From positions 1-64,000 of the forward strand of contig NIVC01002287.1 in assembly GCA_002269645.1 (NCBI GenBank): a stretch of 64,000 bases of DNA, in the 5' to 3' direction. Both the position numbers and the translations under genes were made by a program. The DNA is from Macrostomum lignano (Eukaryota). Below are positions 49,804 through 64,000 of the stretch, in pieces (the first letter of the stretch is position 1; each line of letters starts with the position of its first letter). Under the pieces are notes generated by a model that saw nothing but the letters and a program-made list of their open reading frames with translations, ran no database searches and was not told the DNA's origin.

Positions 49804-50786
49804 TATTGTACCCTTTTGACTTCCCTTGTCTATGGCCCAGACATAGTGCGGATGCTGAGTATGAAATGCGATTGTTGCCGGAATGCGCTTTGAAAGGGTT
49901 GTAGAGATAATCAATCGTCTATGGCAAATTTAGTTGCTCTCTAAATGAAAGGGTTGTAGAGATAATTAATCGCTTATGGCAAATTTAAAGGACAGTGAAG
50001 ACAGCTAGCCTGGCTGCCATGATTTAATTCTCAAGTTGATTTTGAGCTTGAATTAATTCTCCTATTCGGAGTGCAAATAGGAAAAGTAGCTATGATTCGC
50101 TACGCAAACATTCCTGGCGGAGAAATATGTGGACTCTCCACGGACGAGTTGGCTTTTGTCACCCGAGAGTCGAGCACGCGCTACGTTCTGGAGATGGACA
50201 ACCTGGATAACTGTATGGAATGGAACCTGGATGGAAAACTGTAAGAATACTGTCTTACCCAACTGCTGAAACTTAGGTGAACTGTTTGGCCAAGGCCGGT
50301 TTCGATAATCAAGCGATTACACTAATGACGGGACACAAGAATTCGAGCTCAGTGGATGTATACAAGCGGCGAGACATGGACTGTGTGGCCCGAATGAGCG
50401 CTTGTCTGGCTGCCTATGGGTCCAAAGTCACCAAGATTGACGACGATGCGGAATCCACCATCGAAAGTGTGACAACTGGGTCTGATAGAGGCGAGCTGAT
50501 GAAAGCACCCGAGGGCGGCCAAGACCTGCCGAGAAGCCTCTGTGGTGGTCAGTTCCACAACTGCACATTCAACTTTTACGGAAAGTAAAACAATTGATTC
50601 GATCGGTTTGTTCTTAAGAACTTTTTGTGACTATGAAACACTTTCGCCGTGTTGCTATTGTTGTTCCTTGTTTTGATAGCCAAATACATTCGTCTGAAAT
50701 CCGGCAACAATCGAAAAAAGCCGACAAACAATTAAATTGTTACCGCAAGTATGAATGCCGGAAACCATAGACAAAAGGGAACAATA
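49804..50786 (+). mobile_element. Crypton-like tyrosine-recombinase element remnant with inverted termini
   Basis: ORF 50277-50588: L.KAG...I...TGHKNSSSVDVYKR...MS..L, ending FHNCTFNF, as in the C-terminus of DUF3504/Crypton recombinases. Inverted ends TATTGTACCCTTTTG..TTGTCTATGG (49804-49835) and CCATAGACAAAAGGGAACAATA (50765-50786). Confidence 0.6.
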
Positions 50787-51007
50787 TTCAATGACTGGGG
50801 ATCACTGCTGGCCATGCTAGGCAGGAAAGGCTCTCTAGAAGTCAAGTTTGTCTCACCCACAGACTATGGAACTATAGACCCACAGGCTAAGGGTTTTACA
50901 TGTAGTTAAGGACAACTGTGTTGACTACCAGGCAGCTTGAAGTTTTAAAGAGGTAGCATACAGACACTTCAATTTAAGCACGGGATCCAAATAGTACCAC
51001 TAAGTAT

Positions 51008-59132
<8,125 letters not shown>

Positions 59133-59807
59133 ATGCCGACTACTACTATCATTGAGAGCAGGCCTCCGGTTGAATTACAGAGCAAATAGTTGCCTTGAGC
59201 AAGGAGGAAGCAAAGCAAATGAGGATAGTTGGTAAGGCAAGGGCTGCAGGCATGCAGAGTACTGCTAATAGAAAAAAGAAGGGCTTCAATCCCTCGGAAG
59301 TGAAACCTTTTCTCCCTCCCTCTGCCTTCTGCCCCTGGTGTGTATATTTATTCACCGCGTGGCTGAAAGCCAGCACCAATTGGCCTTGGCCTCGGGAACA
59401 AGTAGCGAGACCCCGCCTCTCAGCTCGCAGCCCCGGGTCGATTCGCCAGCCACTCCCTCCAGCCCTACGCATGCGCCATTAGGGTATGGGGGAGCAGCGC
59501 CACAGGGATTAGGGATTAGCGCGCATAAAAATAGTCAGGGATAGGTGGACTGGGCTGTTGCAAGTTGTCAGAAAGGATTCCAATCTTCACCACAAAATCT
59601 TGTTGGCTAATCAGCAAAGGTTACTGATAGATCACAGAATTTTGCCGCTAAACCAGTGACAAAATGACTAAGACACGATGAACCACTATAAATGTATAAC
59701 GGCGCCAGCTACTGCAAGTAGCGCATTGCGGAAAAGTTCACGACTCTAAGTCTTGGTTAGTATAAGATCAGCTGAGAATTTGTCCAGGACTTCTCGTACT
59801 CTTGGTC

Positions 59808-60803
59808 ATCAGATAGACCAACACTTACTCAGAGGTCCTCAGACAGACCAACACTTACTCAGAGGTCCTCAGATAGACCAACACCTACTCAGAGGTCCTC
59901 AGACAGACCAACACCTACTCAGAGGTCCTCAGACAGACCAACACTTACTCAGAGGTCCTCAGACAGACCAACACCTACTCAGAGGTCCTCAGACAGACCA
60001 ACACTTACTCAGAAGTCCTCAGACAGACCAACACTTACTCAGAGGTCCTCAGACAGACCAACACTTACTCAGAGGTCCTCAGATAGACCAACACTTACTC
60101 AGAGGTTCTCAGACAGACCAACACTTACTCAGAGGTCCTCAGACAGACCAACACTTACTCAGAGGTTCTCAGACAGAACAACACTTACTCAGAAGTCCTC
60201 AGACAGACCAACACTTACTCAGAGGTCCTCAGACAGAACAACACTTACTCAGAGGTCCTCAGACAGACCAACACTTACTCAGAGGTCCTCAGACAGACCA
60301 ACACTTACTCAGAGGTCCTCAGACAGACCAACACTTACTCAGAGGTCCTCAGACAGAACAACACTTACTCAGAAGTCCTCAGACAGACCCAACACTTACT
60401 CAGAGGTTCTCAGATAGACCAACACTTACTCAGAGGTTCTCAGACAGACCAACACTTACTCAGAGGTCCTCAGACAGAACAACACTTACTCAGAGGTCCT
60501 CAGACAGACCAACACTTACTCAGAGGTTCTCAGACAGAACAACACTTACTCAGAGGTCCTCAGACAGACCAACACTTACTCAGAGGTCCTCAGACAGAAC
60601 AACACTTACTCAGAAGTCCTCAGACAGACCCAACACTTACTCAGAGGTTCTCAGATAGACCAACACTTACTCAGAGGTTCTCAGACAGACCAACACTTAC
60701 TCAGAGGTCCTCAGACAGAACAACACTTACTCAGAGGTCCTCAGACAGACCAACACTTACTCAGAGGTTCTCAGACAGAACAACACTTACTCAGAAGTCC
60801 TCA
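59808..60803. repeat. Minisatellite, 30/31-bp unit
   Basis: CAGACAGACCAACACTTACTCAGAGGTCCT tandem copies. Confidence 0.95.
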
Positions 60804-61741
60804 ATGATAAGTCGCTAATCACCACGTGGTCCTTGTACACCAGCAGACAGTTACCAAATGGTCCCAAACAAAAACAGTGCCACTCCAACCCTTAAATAAA
60901 ACACAGCACGAGAAACTGCAAGACTTGCATTATTGAAAAGCAAAATCCGACTGAAAGAAATAAAGTGCACAGCCGCTTCGCACTGCTCGGCCGTGCCTAG
61001 CAATATTTATTTACATAAAAAGCAAAATTAAAAGTCAATAAACCAATTCCGAAATTCAATAACCAATTCAATGCTCAATGCAGATGACACAGTTATTTAA
61101 TTATTTAAATTTATGAACGAATAATGAACACAACAGCTGTTGAAAACTGATAATTAACCAATTAATTTTTTGTTTGGAGAAGTCAGCAAAGTACATTGGA
61201 ATTTGAAAGCCAATGGAACTGCCACTTTTCTGCGGACTGAGACCATGCAATAAAATAAAACATATTGAAGCATCAGGTGACCTGGCAATCACATCGCATG
61301 GATACTATATTAAAATATAACAGACGATTATCTTATGGTATACACGAAATTAGTATTCTACTAATCTAAGGCACACAGGAATTTGTGACGTAAATTATTT
61401 TATCCCATTGCAATTCAGAGAGACATTCGACAGCCAATGCATAAAATCCACCAATGGTAGGTATTGAATATCATAGAAAACCAAAAATTAAAAAAGCTGT
61501 ACTAATTAAAAAACGCGCAAGATTCTGAACTGCCTATACAATAATAAAGTGCAGATAATAATGATAATATGCATACTTGAAAGCTTGTTCAATGGTGGCT
61601 TGTAACCAACAACAGCACAACAGCAAAAGAGTAATGAAGGGAATGATGAAGCGTGCAAAGTTTTGATATGGACTGTGGCGGCTGGGAGGGGGGCGGAGGA
61701 AGATTGAAGCAAATCCGGACAAAGATCAGAAAAAACAACAA

Positions 61742-61988
61742 CTACCCGCGGGGAAAAATTGCAGCGACGACAAGCAACGACAGGCTAGAAACGACAGCCT
61801 TGTCGATTTACTATAATATGAATGATGTATGATGTAGGATACAACTCAGTAGTATCCTGCAAATGCGCGCTTGCAAATCCGATTCGCTGCCTGCTTTCGA
61901 TCGGCTTCTGATTGGTCGACTGCCAATGCCAACGACAGGGTGACTTGTCGTCAACTTGCCGTCATTGCAATTTTTTCCCAGCGGCTAG
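61742..61988. mobile_element. Possible short MITE with ~40-bp imperfect inverted ends
   Basis: CTACCCGCGGGGAAAAATTGCAGCGACGACAAG versus the reverse complement of the right end, CTAGCCGCTGGGAAAAAATTGCAATGACGGCAAG; no clear TSD. Confidence 0.35.
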
Positions 61989-62233
61989 GGAACAATGGTG
62001 GCTTTGTACCATAACGCAGCGCACATACTACTCAAGCAACTTCAGCAGTAGTATTATTGCTTAGTTTCTTACCATTACCTTCCAACTTGTTCATTTTATT
62101 ATCTATCTTAAAAAACACCATAGACAAAAACTGGAAGCCTATTGAATACCTACGAATTTGTGTTTGGGATGATAATGAATGTTGATAATGAAGAATAGGA
62201 GATTGATAGTTCCCCAAAAAGAATTCTTCATTG

Positions 62234-63699
62234 TCATACTTTAATCTGCTGTCCGCGCCGGTCCACAAGGCGCTGGCGCAGATCAATCAGGCTCTGCCGG
62301 ATGCCGTCCAGAGATTCTAACGCTGCCTCCACTGCCGAGGCCAGCTGTTCGACATCCACAGGCTGCTGCGGCCCGCCCTCAGCTGCCGGCGTGGACGACT
62401 GAGACGCCGGCTGGTGCTGGTGCGGCAGCAGGGCGGCCTGGTCCAGCAGCACCTGCAGCCGATTGCAGCGGGCGTGCAGGCTGCAGAAGCAGATCAGCAG
62501 AAGACAGCAGAGAGCAAGCAGGCAGCCAACCACAAGCCGGCCACTGCCAACGCTGGTGGAGCGTTGAAAGAAGGCGCCGCTGCTGACGGGGGAAGCGCCG
62601 TCGGCTGGCAGGGGCGGCGCAGCGGACTGCAGGTCGGGCACGAGTTCGTCAGCTTCCAGAGCGTCGACGCCGCCGACCGCGGCCAAGCTGGCGGCCGAGG
62701 CGTCGGCGTCCTCAACGGCGGCCGGATTGGCGCCGGCGGAGTTGGGCAGGCCGGGCGCGCCGCGCGCCGCCAAATAGCTGATAAGGCAGGCGCGCATGGC
62801 GCTAAAATGCTCCGCTAAGCCTTTCTTAGCCGAGCTGTCAATCAGGTTGCGCACAATTTTAAAGAGCGACCGAGTGAAGCGCAGATCGGTGGTGACGCGC
62901 AGCCTGCAGGAGTCCGGGCCGTGGCCGCGCAGGCAATAGCGGGCCCGGGTGTGGAAGCTGTCGCAGTAGGGCACCTCCCGGCTGCGCACCGTGACGTCGA
63001 CGCAGTAGGAGCGGCCAGGCCGGCAGTCGGCCAGGCGGTAGGCCTGCTCCTCCACCTGCTGGGCCGAGCGCGGGCCCACGGCGTTGTTCAACGGCAGGGT
63101 GAAAGTCACCCGGCGGGCGCGCCATTCAACAACGTCGGCCGCGGAATCGACGACTGCTGCTGATTCCGTCATCGCCTGATCGACTGCCGGCGGCAGCGCC
63201 GGGCGCCAGGGCTCGGCGCAGACGTCCGTCATGCCGCGATGACGGGCGAACTGGCGGAACCAGGCGGACTTGTGAGCGAACAGGCACTGGAACACGGTGT
63301 CTACATTGGCTGGCAGCTGTACATTCAGATATTCGTCGGCGAAGTGCTCGTGCCGATCGCACGGGTCTGCCGAGTGGTCGCCGGCCTCGCTAGACTCCGG
63401 GTCCTCGTCGGCACCGCGGCCGCCTGTCCGACGGTTGCGCAAGCCGAACTCAGCAGCCAGCGCGTCAGCAGCGGCCGGACTGGACGAGTTACCGTCGGTG
63501 CCGCCGCCACCAGCGGCACCGCTGATGCTGGCTTCGTCGCCGCCGGTATCTGAAGCCGTCGCCTGAGCGGCATCCTCGCCGTTGGAGTCGGCGGATCCGG
63601 CGCCCACCGAGGAGCGTCTGCGGCCGGACGACGGGGCACCGCCTTGATCTGCGTCTTCTTTGTCCAGGCCTGGAACCCGGGGAGTCGGAAACACCTTTA
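62234..63699 (-). CDS. 3' exon of a VASt-domain sterol transfer protein (GRAMD1/Aster-like); 5' exons lie beyond the window
   Basis: VASt motifs VDTVFQCLF, RRVTFTLPLNNAVGPRSA, VDVTVRSREVPYCDSFHT..RYCL, CRLRV; then a TM helix LVVGCLLALCCLLLICF and a coiled-coil tail; acceptor CTCCTGTAG at 63700. Confidence 0.85.
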
Positions 63700-63709
63700 C
63701 TACAGGAGA

Positions 63710-63975
63710 ACACTCTAAAGTACATGGATACAGCGACACTCTAAAGTACAGTAGAATAAGAACACTCTAAAGTACAGGAGAATAAGAGCACACACTAAAG
63801 TACAGGAATGAGAATAAGAACATTCTAAAGTGCTAAGAACACTCTAAAGTACAGGAATAAGAACACTAAGAACACTCTAAAGTACAGGAGAATAAGAACA
63901 CTCTAAAGTACAGGAGAATAAGAACACTCTAAAGTACAGGAGAATAAGAACACTCTAAAGTACAGGAGAATAAGA
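63710..63975. repeat. Intronic minisatellite, ~27-bp unit
   Basis: AGAATAAGAACACTCTAAAGTACAGG variants. Confidence 0.85.
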
Positions 63976-64000
63976 ACACACTCACCCAACTGACTGCCGT

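Noticed and set aside
62414-63725. Overlapping antisense and alternate-frame ORFs over GC-rich exons (also 30745-31379, 35416-36312, 22254-23063)
   Set aside because: Shadow ORFs expected from high GC3 coding sequence on the other frame or strand.

Overview
Eukaryotic (metazoan) genomic DNA with GC-rich spliced exons and introns packed with minisatellites. The architecture resembles a free-living flatworm such as Macrostomum, but that assignment is inference. Walking GT-AG junctions and exon phase by hand gives nine protein genes: (1) an ankyrin-repeat gene (-, 258-6071+) with one clear and one suspected 1-nt frameshift; (2) intronless RidA (+); (3) a 7-8 exon, GPI-anchor-type CD38/CD157-family ADP-ribosyl cyclase (+, 10520-20980) that the ORF track shows only as unlabelled fragments; (4) a complete, highly divergent Cys-loop cation channel nested antisense in its first coding intron, lacking the canonical acetylcholine-binding aromatic residues; (5) intronless EFCAB11 (+); (6) a DEG/ENaC channel with atypical HG and selectivity-filter motifs (-); (7) a GlyT2-like SLC6 transporter (+); (8) an alpha-arrestin (-); (9) the 3' exon of a VASt/GRAMD1-type protein (-). 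Mobile elements include a near-complete piggyBac, a Tc1/mariner deletion derivative, a hAT-like MITE inserted into a SINE, two tRNA-derived SINE families and a Crypton-like tyrosine-recombinase remnant with inverted ends. About 18 tandem arrays produce most of the long ORFs in the track. No CRISPR, rRNA or true tRNA gene is supported. All identifications come from motif recognition; no database search was run. Repeat and element boundaries are approximate.
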